From Pelagomonas calceolata (taxonomy: Eukaryota), in the NCBI GenBank assembly GCA_918797485.1, contig CAKKNE010000004.1, positions 1,240,001 to 1,304,000 of the forward strand: a DNA stretch of 64,000 nucleotides, read 5' to 3'. The translations under genes were made by a program, and so were the position numbers. This document shows, piece by piece, positions 1 to 11,563 of the stretch (the first letter of the stretch is position 1; each line of letters opens with the position of its first letter). The notes beneath the pieces were generated by a model, which saw only the letters and a list, made by a program, of their open reading frames with translations, was not told where the DNA came from and ran no database searches.

Positions 1-3000
1 GACTTTGCCGCGACGGCGCGAGCGGCGTCGAAGGCCGTGGCGGACTTGGCTGGAAGGGCCTATGAGCGGGAGAAAAGAATAGCGACGTATGCGGCGGACG
101 CCTACGAAGCCCAATTCGCTGTTTCCATGGTCGAGGGAGCGGAGGCCTTCGAGGCCCAGCTTCTAGCCTTCGAGGAGGAGCAGGCCGAAGCTCGCGCCGC
201 GTACGAAGCTCGGGTTGAGGAGGCGCGGGCCGCGGCCGAAGCGGCGGCGGCTGACGAGGACTGCATGGAGGCCGAGGCGCCGATCCCGGCCGTCGAGCCG
301 TTGGCGTGTGCGCCGGCGCCGGCGTTTGATGACCGAGCGGCGCGTCGCGCAGCCACGGAGGCCGCGGAAGCAGCGAGGAATAGAGTCGTCGACGCGCGAG
401 GCGGTCCTACCAACAAGCAATGGGCTACCTATTGTCTGGATGCGCGGGCGCCGGATCTGAGGCGAAGGATCCAGGACTCGACCGCATTACTGGCGGCCTG
501 TGCGGGCTCTGGCGAGGCGCGAACTTGTTCTGCATTGCTCGCGAGATGTGGCGGCGACGCCTCCGTCCCGGACAACACGGGAAGGACGCCGTCCATGGCG
601 GCTCTGCTGCGAGGTTCCACAGAAACGATACATTCCTTGCTCGAGGCGGGCTGCGACGCCGACGTGCGTAGCGAGGACGGCACGAATGTATTACTTTGTG
701 CGTTTGTGGCTCCGAACGGCGACGCTCTCGACACTGCGATCAACGAAGCCAAAGCCCAGTGGGAATTGACAGGTAGCTGCCCCTCCACAGTCCTGAAGGG
801 CTCGGGATCGTATGTGGAGGCTGTTTTACAGAAGGGAGCGGATCCCGATGTGCCTGACGGAAGGGGCAAGTTTCCGCTTCACTGGTGCGTCGAGGGCTGT
901 GCTATTGATTATGAGGTCGACGGGCTGTTTCCTTGTAGTTTTACGCTGGACGAAGCCGTTTCCGTGGAGATGCTCTCGACGTTGTTGGCGCATGGGGCGT
1001 CTCCGGATGTTGCTGACTTATCAGGTTGCACGGCCTTGCATTCTGCTTGTAGACGTTCGAATGGCGAGGCGGCCCGGCTACTCTTGCAAAATGGAGCGCA
1101 GATGAACTTGAGTGATGGCGTGGGGCGGTTGCCCGTTCATTTGGCCTGTGCTGCGGCGACGGATTACGAGCTTGTTGCTGAACTGCTAGAGAGTGGTCAG
1201 AAGAAGCCGCGCGGCACGGCGACGCACGATGGGTCAAGGGCGGGCCTGTCGAAGAGCGCCAAGACGCGGCGCAATGTCATTGCTGCCATGGACCGGGCTC
1301 TGCAAGCGGCACTCGCTCCTGACGTCGTGGTCGACGTCCTGCCCTCGCCTGCCGAACTCGCATCGGCGAGCGACTCTAACGGATATACGATGCTCCACTA
1401 CGCATCACAAGCTCCCATTGTTCAAGAGGAGGACGTGTGGTCCACGACAGAGCCGGTCTCCGCAGAAGAGAGAGGCGCGTTCCTCGCACAGTTGGCAGCG
1501 AGAGACGACGTAGTAGACCTGCACGCGGCCGACTCATCAGGACGCGACGCGGTCTGCCTCGCCATCGAGCAGCTCGGAGATCACTCATTGCAATTTGTGG
1601 AGACCGCGGTAAGCAAGGGCTACGACGTCGAACGGGAGCTCGAGTTGCCCGACGAAGATTTGGACCTCCCGTATCGACCGGCTTGGGAGACTCCATCTGA
1701 CCCGCCGCCGGGCTTCGCTGGCGACGCCGACGCGGATCTTTTTGACGACTTGGACGAGCCCGAGGACGTTTCTCCAGAACCATCAGAAGACGAACCAGGT
1801 GAGGCGACGCTCGACGCGCTGGAGACCTACCTGAAGGCGATCTTCGACCGCGTCGACAGCGATCAGAGCGGCGCCATCTCGGCGCAGGAGGCGCTGGCAG
1901 CCTTAAGGGACGACGACGACTTCGCCGAGGTCCTCGGCGTCGACGGCCGCAGCAAGGACGACGTCCTCGCTGCTATCACGGACATCGACGCCGACGGGGA
2001 CGCGCGCGTGTCGTGGGCGGAGTTCCGGGCGGCGGCGCTGGGCGAGGAGCCGGAACCGTCAGAGGAGGCCCCTCCGGACATCGAGGCGTACCTGCGCGCG
2101 ATCTTCGACCGCGCCGATGCGGACGGCTCGGGCGAGATCTCGACGAGGGAGGCCATCGAAGCGGTCCAGACTGATGAGGAGTTCGCGGAGATGATGGGAT
2201 TTGACGGCGTTACGAAGATCCAAAGTCCCGACGACAGGTCGGACCTCGAGTTCGCCATCGCGATGCTCGACGCTGATGGGAATGAGAAGGTCTCGTGGGG
2301 CGAGTTCCGGGAGGCCTTCCTCGGGCCGTTGACGGAGGAGCCCGAGGACCCGTTCGAAGAATACCTGAACGACTACGAAGCGTATCTAGCTGTGTGGAAA
2401 TCAACCAGTGTGCCGGGTGCACTAAGTCATTTCTCGGCGATGGCGTGGCCGCGCTGGCTCCGTCGAGCGGCGAGGAACCGGCGACGCCACGCCATCGAGC
2501 AGGCGTCGCGTCGATGGCGTGGAGGACGACGCGATGATTCAGCACGAACGCGCCGTAAAATTTTGATTTCCACACAGGTATCTAGAAACAGTATTTGACA
2601 GGGTCGACAAGAACAAGGACGGCACTTTGAGTTATGCTGAATTGGTCAGTGGCTTAAAGGACCCGGACTTCGCCGAGGAGGCGGGCTTCTACGGCTCCGG
2701 GATGAGCCGAGGCGAGTTCGCGGCGGAGTTCTGTGATGCATTAGATTGGGACGGAGATCGGACCGTGGACTGGTTTGAATTTAGGGATGAGGCCATGGGC
2801 AAGGCTTTGGATCAGATGCACGAATTGCGGATGGAGCAGGCGCTGCGCGAGGTGTTCGACAGAGTTGACGAGTCGGGGGATGGTGCTATTACTATCGTGG
2901 AAGCAGTCAAAGCTCTAAGGGAGGATGAGGACTTCGCCGATGTCCTCGGGTTCTGGTCCACCCACAAAGCGAACCGGAAGGACGGCTCGATGGAGTATGT

Positions 3001-4018
3001 GGCGGAGCAGATCCAAGCGATGGACGTCAATAATGATGGCGTCATCTCGTGGGAGGAGTTCCGAGGCTGCGTCTTCGGCATGGAACCTGTACTGGAAGTG
3101 GTGGAGGAGGAGCGGGCCGTGGGGAATTGGTTGACTGTTGCTGAGGATGTTGCAACGACGAAGGCTCGACGTTGTTCGCCTTTACATATGGCGGCCTGTA
3201 CTGGTGCACAAAGAGTGATGTCGTACTTAATTGACCAAGGGGCCCCGGCCTACGGCGGGCGGCCGAACCCGATTGCCCTTGCGGCTCTCAAAGGTTGTGC
3301 GCCCGAAGCCTGTGAGCTGTTGGAATCCGCGTTGCCAGGCGGCGGCCGCGCACCTGATCCTGATTTAGGAGGGGAGGCTCCCGCGCAAGCCGCGGCGGCG
3401 CGCGGGTTTGCTGCTACCGCATTAGCTTTAGGTGCCAAAGGGTTAACTGACCCGCAGGGCCGGACTTGTGCTCTCATCGCGGCAAGGCGGGGCGAGGCGG
3501 GCTGCGTCGCCGTGCTACTGGAAAATGGCTGCGACGCCGATGGCAGTGCGACGCCGTCGTTATTGGAGGGCGCCATCGATTCAATAGATGCGGACGTCGT
3601 GAAAGTCGCCGTCCAGCACGTTTCCGTGACGACGCATGACGTGCTCCGGGCGGAAACAATTCACGCCTTCTGGGCCGAGCGTTTGATGTCTCTCGAGCGG
3701 GATCAGAGGGACGGCTCGACGCCGCAGATCGCGTCGGATCTGTCCGCGGCAGCTTACAGATTAGTGGCCGCCGCGTGCACGACGCCGATCGGCGAGGACG
3801 CGCACGTTTACCACTGCTTCGCCGAGGGGCGGGTCCTCGCCGAGGAGCTCCTCGCCAAGGAGAAGGCTCGTTTAAGAGCCGAGGAGCGCAACCGCGCGGC
3901 GACGTCGATCCAAAAACAAGCTAGGGGTCGCAATCGTAGAAGAGCGATGCGCGACGCGGCCGCGGGCAAGTCCAAGAAGGACAAGAAGTCCAAAAAGAAG
4001 AGGAAGGGGAAGAAGTAA
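1..4018 (+). CDS. Ankyrin-repeat / multi-EF-hand protein with C-terminal IQ motif (probably 5'-partial; intron 2382-2577)
   Basis: Ankyrin motifs (GRTPSMAA, GKFPLHW, GCTALHSAC), EF-hand loops (DSDQSGAISAQE, DADGDARVSWAE, DVNNDGVISWEE) and IQ motif IQKQARGRNRR. Splicing 2382-2577 joins ORFs 37.. and 2627.. in frame (DYEA|YLETVFD). Confidence 0.85.
2390..2577. mobile_element. Introner element, TIR family (A), 188 bp, perfect 8-bp TSD GTATCTAG
   Basis: TIRs CTGTGTGGAAATCAA ... TTGATTTCCACACAG. TSD at 2382-2389 and 2578-2585. The GT donor comes from the TSD and the AG acceptor from the TIR end. Confidence 0.95.
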
Positions 4019-4110
4019 GGATTCCCGTAGTATCCTAGCTCTTCCTGAGGCTCCCCCCGACGGGCCCCCGTACCATAGGCTACTGTTAATTACTATTTAC
4101 AATGGTGCGC

Positions 4111-4880
4111 CTAGATCAACTCCTTGCCGACGACGACGTCGGTCGGCGACGGCTGCGGCGCGGGCTGTCCAACATCATCCAAGGACCGCCGCAGCGCGGT
4201 CTCGGCGGCCGTCGCGTAGACGCCGCCCGCGGTCTTGACGCAGTAGACGTAGGCCCGCTGCACCGGCACCTGTGTAGAAATCAACCAGTGTGTCGGGTGC
4301 ACCGATAATTCTTCACTAAGTCATTTCTCGGCGATGACGCGGCCGCGCTGGCTCCGTCGAGCAGTGAGGAACCGACATCGCCACGCCATCGAACAGGTAT
4401 CGCGTCGATGGCGTGGAGGTCGACGCGGCGATTCAGGACGAAAGCGCCGTAAATTTGATTTCCACACAGACCGGCACGCCCCGCCAGAGCTTCCGCAGCG
4501 CGTACTTTGTGGTTGTTTCCTGCACGGAAATCACAACACCGTCGCAGTCGACCATCATGCCCTTCTTCCGGCCTGTGTGGAAATCCAAATTTTATGGCGC
4601 GTTCGCGCTGAATCATCGCGTCGTCCTCCACGCCATCGACGCGACGCCTGCTCGATAGCGTGGCGATGCCGGTTACTCGCCGCTCGACCCAGCCAGGTCG
4701 GCCGCGTCATCGCCGAGAAATGACTTAGTGAAGAATTGTCGGGTGCACCCGGCGCACTGGTTGATTTCCACACAGCTTCCGGCCCTTCGGGTCCGCGGGC
4801 TTCAGGAGCACGCGGCTGCCGACGGGGAAGCGCGGCGTGGCCGTGATCTGCGGCGAGACGCGGTTGCCGGCCCAGCCCAT
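4111..4880 (-). CDS. Small hypothetical protein, 3 exons (introns 4573-4783 GC-AG and 4270-4477 GT-AG)
   Basis: Removing both introners gives a continuous frame MGWAGNRV...DPKG|RKKGMMVDC...LWRG|VPVQRAYV...KELI*. Confidence 0.7.
4270..4469. mobile_element. Introner element, TIR family (A), 200 bp, TSD ACCGGCAC
   Basis: Same internal sequence and genomic orientation as 2390-2577, but the host gene is on the minus strand. TSD at 4262-4269 and 4470-4477. Confidence 0.95.
4573..4775. mobile_element. Introner element, TIR family (A), 203 bp, inverted copy, TSD CTTCCGGC
   Basis: Reverse-complement-oriented copy of 4270-4469. TSD at 4565-4572 and 4776-4783; the GC donor on the minus strand comes from the TSD. 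Confidence 0.95.
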
Positions 4881-5683
4881 CGCTCTTGCTTGACCAGCCC
4901 GGCGGCGCGTCGCTCGTGGCAGGCCAGTCGATGCCTGGCGCTTCTTGCGTGCACCAAAGCGCACCTCGATGTACCGATACCTGGGCACGGGCAGCCCTTT
5001 GGCCGCCAGTTTTTGCGTGCGCCCAAACGCGAGAGCACCTTCAGGTAACCAAGTCTGGTGTTACGGCAGCCCTTGTCGGCCGCTTCTTGCGTGCGCCGGC
5101 GGCGGGCAGCACCCGTCGTTGGTCTCCACCGCGCTCCCTTGCCGGGAGGCGACACTCGCCACGTTTAGGCAGCTTATTCGCAGGGTGCACCTACGCAATC
5201 TGATCACGACTCGTTTTTTGTGCCACTTTGAAGTTGCCTCTTCCAATGGACGCCACCCGTCAGCGGACGCGACCTACAACGGGACGCGGTGGGTCGTAAG
5301 GCTCTAGAAGAGAAGCGTGCTTCACTTGCGTCGACCGCCGCGGTCGCGCTGGCGCCGGAGATACGCGTACTAGAGATGCGTACTAGCTTTTATTATCGTA
5401 TTTAGCCCGTCCCGCTAGCCATACGGCCGCGGACGCACGCCTGCGTAGGCGATACCTAGCATGCCTCCTAGTGGGATTCGCATGGCTAGTACGGTTTGGC
5501 AGTGCAGCCGGCCGCAGTTGGCCACCGATTGGGGCCGTGCCTCCGCACCGACACCGTTCGGACGCCTGGAAGCGCTGCACGGTAGCCGCGTCGCTACGGG
5601 GCAGCCTCGACCTACGCGGCTTCGGCAGCTTCGACATACGGTGGCTCGGGGCAGCCTATCGACCCACGGTAGCCGGGACAGCC

Positions 5684-8600
5684 ATGCCGCAGACTCGCGC
5701 CGAGCGCCTCGCGCAGCGCGCCGCGGAACGCCGCGCGCGCGTCGAGCAGCATGCTACGAATGTTGAAAAAGTAGGAGACACGGCCGCGGCCCGCGAGCAG
5801 CAAGAGGACGACTACAAACGAGAGCTCGCGCAGAATCGGGCGGACCGAGAAACACGAGAAAGGGCGGAGGCGGACCAGCTGCGCGCCTCCGAGGCGGACT
5901 TCCTCCAGAAGTTCGCGCCGCCGCCGGGTTTGGCAACGGCCGCGCCGTCGCTGCGGCAGCAGGCCGTGGCAAATGCCATAGCCAACAAGCCGGATCCATT
6001 TGCAGCAAGGCGGGCGCAGCAGAAGCAGGCGCGCGAGGCCTACGAGGAGCGCAAGCGCGAATTACAAAGGAGAGTGCCGACGCCGCCGCCGCCCTCGCCA
6101 GGGCCTCCTTCAGAACCGCCGCCGTCCAGCCTCGAGGCGGCGTTCCCGCCGCGCGGCGGAGGGCTGGAAGACGCCTTCCCGCCGCGCGGCGGCGGCCTCG
6201 CCGACGCGTTCCCGCCGCGCGGCGGTAACCGAGCGGCGCCAGAGCCGCCCCGGAATCCCTTCGAGAAACCAGTCGATCCCCTCCGCGATCCGGTGGGGAG
6301 ACGGGCCGGCATCGACCCGCTCCCGCAGCCGCAGGGAAATCCCTTTGAGCGGCCCCCGGACCCGCTGCGGGACCCGCCGGGCCGCCGCGCCGGCATCGAC
6401 CCGCTCCCCCAAATGCAGCCCACGGCGCCGGCGGGATCGAGCACCAGGATCGACCACCAGATCGACCCGCTGCGCGACGCGCCGCCGCCGCGGCGCGACG
6501 ATCCTTTGAGAGACACGTGGGGCCAGGCGCCCCGCAACGACGGGCGCGAGCAGCGCGCCCAGTACGCCGCGCAGCTGCGGCAACAAATGGCCGAGAAGAA
6601 CAATAGACGCGCGTCGACGCCCCCCGCCGCGGCGCCGGAGCCGCCACGAGGAAGGCAGCCGCCGTCCAAGGCGGACTACGCCGCCGAACTCCGCGCGCAG
6701 ATGGCGGCCGACGAGCGGCGCAGGGACGCGGACCGCCGCGACGATGTCGGAGGTGGCTTTATCGGAGGCGCGAATATGGCGAACAATGTAAAACAAGACC
6801 GCCAGGCCGCCTACGCCGCGGATCTGCGGGCGCAGATGGCCGCCGACGCCCGGAGGAAGGGCGCTCAAGAGCGGCGCGACGCGTCGCCGGAGCGGCACAG
6901 CGGCATCCTCGGGGGTGCGAATCTATCAAACGACGCGCGGCACGACAGGCAAACGGCCTACGCCGAAGCATTGAAACGGGACCAGGCGCTGAAACGGGAG
7001 ATGACTCAAGATGACGAGGATGGCGGCGGCATCATTGGAGGTTCAAATATATCGAATGCGCAAAAAAACGACCGTCAATTGCAATACGCCGAGGCCTTGA
7101 AACGGGACCAGGCGATCAAGGACCGGATGGCGGCCCCGGTCGACCAGAACGACGGCAGCGGTATTATTGGAGGGCGGAATCTAGACAGAAACGCGAAAGA
7201 TGCGCGGCAAAGGGCCTACGCCGACGCTCTGGCTCGAGACCAATTGACTAAACGCGACTCGCCGAGGACACAACAACAACAAGCCAAGAGCGGCACGCCG
7301 CCGGGCTGGTACGTCGGTCCCACGGGCCAACTCGTGAGGATCGACCCGCGCGACCACGCGGGCCGGAATAACGCGGCCCTAGCTGTTGGTGTTCCACAAA
7401 ACTACACGCCTGCCAAAATTGACACGCTGGCCTCACCAGCCCGAGGCCTGGACCGCACGCCCCACGTGCGCCACACGGCCGGCGAGCTCCAGGGCTATAT
7501 TGGCGAGCCCGACCGCGACCAGGGCCGAAAGCAGGCCATGGCCGACATGTGGAAGCGCCAGCTCGAGGCCGACGTCGCCGCGAAGAAGCGCGCCAAGGAG
7601 CTCGAAGAGGCTAAAGAGAGGGAAGATGAACTCCGGGAGGAGCGGCGCATCGAACGGGAGCGGGCCGAGATGGCTCGGAAGCATGAACGAGAACGAGCGG
7701 TGGATGAGAAGTTGCGGCAGCAGGAGGCGGATCGTAGACAGCACGCGGAGTTGCTCGAGCAGCGGCGCCTGCAGCGGGAGCGCGACGACGAGGAACGGAG
7801 ACGGAAGGACGCCGAGGACGACGCGCGCGTCGCGCGGGAGCAGCGCGAGATGCTGCTGAAGTACGAGGCCGAGCAGGCGCGGCGCGAGGAACCGAAGACC
7901 ATGGGTGTGGCGACGGCCGCGCAAGTCGTCACGTCGTTGCAGCGGCTGCGGTCGCCGCCGCCGCCGGAAGAACCGCCCTCGCCGCAATTGTCGTTTGGTG
8001 CTGTCGGTCTGGCGGCGGCGGCGGCGGCGCGCGCGCACCAGACGCCGTCGCCGAAGCTGTCGTTCGGGGCCGCCGGGATGCTCTCGGCGGCGGCGGCGCG
8101 TGCGCACAAGGAGGCGACGCCCGTCGCGCCCAAGATGAGCTTCGGCGCCGCGGCGATGGCGTCCGCCGCGGCGTCACGAGCACACCAGACGCCGGCCTCA
8201 CCGGCCTCACCGGCCTCACCTAAACTGTCGTTTGGAGCCGTGGGCATGGTCTCGGCGGCGGCGGCGCGGGCCCACAAAACGCCCCAGACCGCGGCGCCCG
8301 CGCCGACCGTGGCGAGCCCCGCGCCCCCGAAGGCGCCGTCGCCGGCGCCCATCGCACGGAGGAGCCCCCTCCTCGCGCCGCCGAAGGCGCCGACACCGAT
8401 CAGAAGAAAGACGCCCAAGAAGCGGCTCAAGCTTCCAGACAAGCACACAGACTCCATGAAAGGATGGGTCGTGCCCGGCCGCGACGACGCGACGCTCGAG
8501 GGCCCTCCTTCTTCTCGTTGGTTGCCGGAGGCCGCGTCGCGCTTGGAACGGGCGCTCCAGGCCAGTCGCGCTGCAACGCCTGCCACGTCCCGGTTAGATG

Positions 8601-9031
8601 GCCAATCTCAGCTCGTCTTCCCTGATGGAAGGGTTGAGGACGGGGGGACTACGTCTCCGAAGCCGGTGCGGGCTCATACGCCACAAGCGCCCGCTTCTAC
8701 TCCTGTCCCGCACTACAAGGAGGACGACGTCGACGCGGTGCTGCGACGAAATCAAAAGCGATTGGTGCGGGCGGAGGCGTTAACGGAGGCGACGAACGCC
8801 GCGCTCGACGCCTCTGGATTCGAGAGAGGCGAGGCCGTCGACCGCCTTTTACAAATCGCGAACGAGCGGCCCGCGACACCAATGAAACGCGTCGAGGCGT
8901 CCCTGCCCTCCGACGTTCGGTGGGCTACCGTCGCGCCGTCTCCCAGATTAGAGGCGCGCGCGTCGGCGGCTAGAGAGTCGTGGCGGTCAGCAGGGGCTGC
9001 TGCGAAAAGCGTCGCGGCGTTCGCGAGGTAA
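5684..9031 (+). CDS. Large Pro-rich / coiled-coil protein with internal peptide repeats (CSPP1/CCDC66-like ciliary-centrosomal type, tentative)
   Basis: Long intronless ORF with repeats (Y)AAxLRxQM, LEDAFPPRGGG x3, DPLRDP and PKLSFGAxGMxSAAAARAH x4, plus an E/R-rich coiled coil. ATG at 5684 in gccATG context. Confidence 0.6.
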   Translation: MPQTRAERLAQRAAERRARVEQHATNVEKVGDTAAAREQQEDDYKRELAQNRADRETRERAEADQLRASEADFLQKFAPPPGLATAAPSLRQQAVANAIANKPDPFAARRAQQKQAREAYEERKRELQRRVPTPPPPSPGPPSEPPPSSLEAAFPPRGGGLEDAFPPRGGGLADAFPPRGGNRAAPEPPRNPFEKPVDPLRDPVGRRAGIDPLPQPQGNPFERPPDPLRDPPGRRAGIDPLPQMQPTAPAGSSTRIDHQIDPLRDAPPPRRDDPLRDTWGQAPRNDGREQRAQYAAQLRQQMAEKNNRRASTPPAAAPEPPRGRQPPSKADYAAELRAQMAADERRRDADRRDDVGGGFIGGANMANNVKQDRQAAYAADLRAQMAADARRKGAQERRDASPERHSGILGGANLSNDARHDRQTAYAEALKRDQALKREMTQDDEDGGGIIGGSNISNAQKNDRQLQYAEALKRDQAIKDRMAAPVDQNDGSGIIGGRNLDRNAKDARQRAYADALARDQLTKRDSPRTQQQQAKSGTPPGWYVGPTGQLVRIDPRDHAGRNNAALAVGVPQNYTPAKIDTLASPARGLDRTPHVRHTAGELQGYIGEPDRDQGRKQAMADMWKRQLEADVAAKKRAKELEEAKEREDELREERRIERERAEMARKHERERAVDEKLRQQEADRRQHAELLEQRRLQRERDDEERRRKDAEDDARVAREQREMLLKYEAEQARREEPKTMGVATAAQVVTSLQRLRSPPPPEEPPSPQLSFGAVGLAAAAAARAHQTPSPKLSFGAAGMLSAAAARAHKEATPVAPKMSFGAAAMASAAASRAHQTPASPASPASPKLSFGAVGMVSAAAARAHKTPQTAAPAPTVASPAPPKAPSPAPIARRSPLLAPPKAPTPIRRKTPKKRLKLPDKHTDSMKGWVVPGRDDATLEGPPSSRWLPEAASRLERALQASRAATPATSRLDGQSQLVFPDGRVEDGGTTSPKPVRAHTPQAPASTPVPHYKEDDVDAVLRRNQKRLVRAEALTEATNAALDASGFERGEAVDRLLQIANERPATPMKRVEASLPSDVRWATVAPSPRLEARASAARESWRSAGAAAKSVAAFAR

Positions 9032-9101
9032 GTGTGTTTTACGTTACGAGTTAGGTTAAGATAGGATTTCCGAATTCGTCGCCGTCTTGTGCAGACGATG
9101 A

Positions 9102-11134
9102 CTACTGCTTCTTGGAAGAGCAGCTGTCGAAGACCGGCCGCCCCGTGAAGAGGAACTTGAACGCCACAAAAGCTAAAGCTCGCAACGCGACGGATATCAG
9201 CATTATAGCGGTTATAGCTTTGCGGAAGGGCTTGTCCCGGAACCCGTAGTAGTCGACGGCGTCGCCGCCTCTCTGAAAAATGCATCGCGACGATTCCGGG
9301 TTCGAGCAGCCGTGCAGGTCGCCCAGGCCCAGTAGCTCTGAACGAGAACCGGCACTGATGGCCCAGTTGAAGAAGTTCGCGTCCTCGATCCACTTGGCTC
9401 CTGCTGGTATTGATTTATTATTGATGTAGTGGCCGTCGAACATCATGAAGAGGCAGAAGAAGACGGTGGCCTGCGTTTGATTGATACCGTCGCGGAACGG
9501 CCGCGGCCCTCTCGCAAGACGCGTAGACTCTCGTGTGATCATGGAGACGCCATCGACGCGACATGGTCTCATGAAGACGCCATCGCCGCGACCCCGGCAA
9601 GTTCAAGTTCATTTTCTGCGCCGACTCGGACGTAGTTGTTGGCCATCTCAAAATCCCGAGCACAACACCCGCAAAAGATGAGCAGCGACGTCCCGGCAAA
9701 CACGACCGCCTCGCAGAGGAAGAAGAAGTGCGCGAACTTCATGGGCGAGTTCTGGAAGCCCATCATCCAGTAGGCGATCGTCGCGTAGGCTCCGCCGGCC
9801 GTGAGGTGGCCGGGCAACTCTGCTAGGCATCTTGCATGAAAAAATGCTGATGCACCATATAACCCAGCTTGGGACTCCCTCGTATAGAGATCTCGTTCCT
9901 TCGGGAACAAGAGGACAATATCAAAGGCTATGAAGGACATGAGGAGCATACTGAACGAGATGGCGCCCACTCGCGACTGGATCGAGGCTTGGGACAACCC
10001 CTGCTGGAAGTAGATGGCTCCTAACAGTAGGGCCATGATGCAGGCCATGGTCACTTGCGTGATGACGACCATCTCGTCTCGTATTTTATACAGCCAGGCC
10101 CGCTGTAGGAGCACGTTGAACTGGTGGAGCCAGCCCGACGCGATGCCCTGGGGCTGTTGCGTGCCCGTAGCGCTCTTTTGGGCTTGCTGGAAGCGTGTTT
10201 TGGAATCCTGGGCGCCCTGCGAGGAAGCAAAGGCATCAGCCACTTGTTTCGCGATGACCTTCCTTTTCCGCAGGTCGTCCACACTTGCTTCGAGTTCATC
10301 TTCGGTTTGTTCGCCGCCCGCGACCTCGTCGGGGATCGCTACCAAATCTAGCAAATGGTCGGCCGGGTTCTCGTGGGCCGGACACGGGGCCCCCACACTC
10401 TCAAAATGTGCTAATAAGTCATTGGGAGAGCCGGCGTAGACCGGCCGCCCATCGCTCAAAGCTACAACCCGATCAAATAGTTGTAGGAGGGACGCTCGCG
10501 GTTGGTGCACCACGGCCAACACGGCTCGCTTTTCCGGGGATCTCGCTAGACGTGATAGCGTGCGACACGTCAGCAACGCGGTGGCCGCATCCAGGCCAGA
10601 GGTGGGCTCATCTAACAGTAAACAAGTCGGGTCGGAGACCATTTCCGCGGCCACCTGTAACCTTTTTTTTTCTCCTCCCGAAATGCCTTTGAGTCGTTCG
10701 TCTCCTATATAGGTAGAGGCGCATTTGCCCAGGTTCAATTCGTTCAAAACTTGCGTGACCTTGCTTGCGACGTCCTTTTTTGTGGAATTGGGCAGCCGTA
10801 GGCGCGCCGTGAACGTTAATGTCTCTCTAGGTGTCAGTGTCGCGAAGAACAGGGGGTGCTGGTCGACGTAGCCCGTAGCCCTTCGAGGGTGCCTATCAGC
10901 AATAGCACCGTCCGCCACTAATTGGCCCTGCCAGTCGCCGTGGGCGTGCCTGCCCGCTAATATGCGCAATAACGAGGTCTTGCCCGATCCACTGGGACCG
11001 ACGATCAAAAACATCTCGCCCGCATGGAGCGCGTCGCCCTGCGCGTGCAGTATACGCTTCTTTTCTTTTTGGGGCGTGATCACATCATACGATTCAATGT
11101 CCCATGCTAATCTCGCACTTGCGGGCTTGGCCAT
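9102..11134 (-). CDS. ABC transporter G family (White-like half transporter); intron 9471-9631
   Basis: Walker A GPSGSGKT, signature ISGGEKKR, LLLDEPTSGLD and a C-terminal TM domain. The splice gives MANNY|ATVFFCLFMMFDG. Confidence 0.92.
9471..9631 (-). mobile_element. Repetitive intron, family B (AACTTGAACTTG type)
   Basis: Starts GTCCGAGTCGGCGCAGAAAATGAACTTGAACTTG, shared with introns at 14283, 31922 and 34099. Confidence 0.8.
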
Positions 11135-11379
11135 GGGGCTGATGGCAGCCAGTGCGGTCTTTTAGTCCAGTGGGTTCGCAGCGTTGTGTAACGCTTACGC
11201 TTGGCCGAGGAAAATACCGAGCACTCCGAGGAAAGTGCAGCACACGCGCGCCCGGGAACGTGCAGTGTGCGGACTTCGACTGTATCGATACGGACACAGG
11301 TCGAGGTCAGCGTGCAGCGTTGGAATCGCCGCAACGGCCGTAAAACAAGCAGGCTCTGGCAGCTGCGAAATCAGACTAT

Positions 11380-11401
11380 CTAGCGTGCAGTGACATACTA
11401 G
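11380..11401 (+). promoter_or_regulatory. 22-bp CTAG-bounded upstream motif (variant)
   Basis: CTAGCGTGCAGTGACATACTAG, ~250 bp upstream of the ABCG start. Confidence 0.55.
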
Positions 11402-11563
11402 CTCGCGCACTAGTCCTAGCACCGTAACAATATATAGGAGGGTTTGCCGAGGCGGTTCTGCTTAAAAAGAAGTATGCTGCCACGAAGGACGCGGCCCGCG
11501 CCCGCCGCCGACGAATCGGCGACGCGCCAACCAGCCCACCAGCAAATCTCACAACACAACAAC

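Noticed and set aside
2210..4773. Recurrent short ORFs such as MWKSKFYGAFVLNHRVVLHAIDATPAR (also near 29867-30433)
   Set aside because: They are translations of the non-coding introner repeat. They have no transposase motifs, and the host frames are restored by splicing them out.
5754..8586. Long antisense and alternate-frame ORFs over the coiled-coil gene (similarly 13048-14115 and 48021-48550)
   Set aside because: They are shadow ORFs expected from stop-poor, GC-rich coding DNA, with low-complexity R/A/S content and no motifs.
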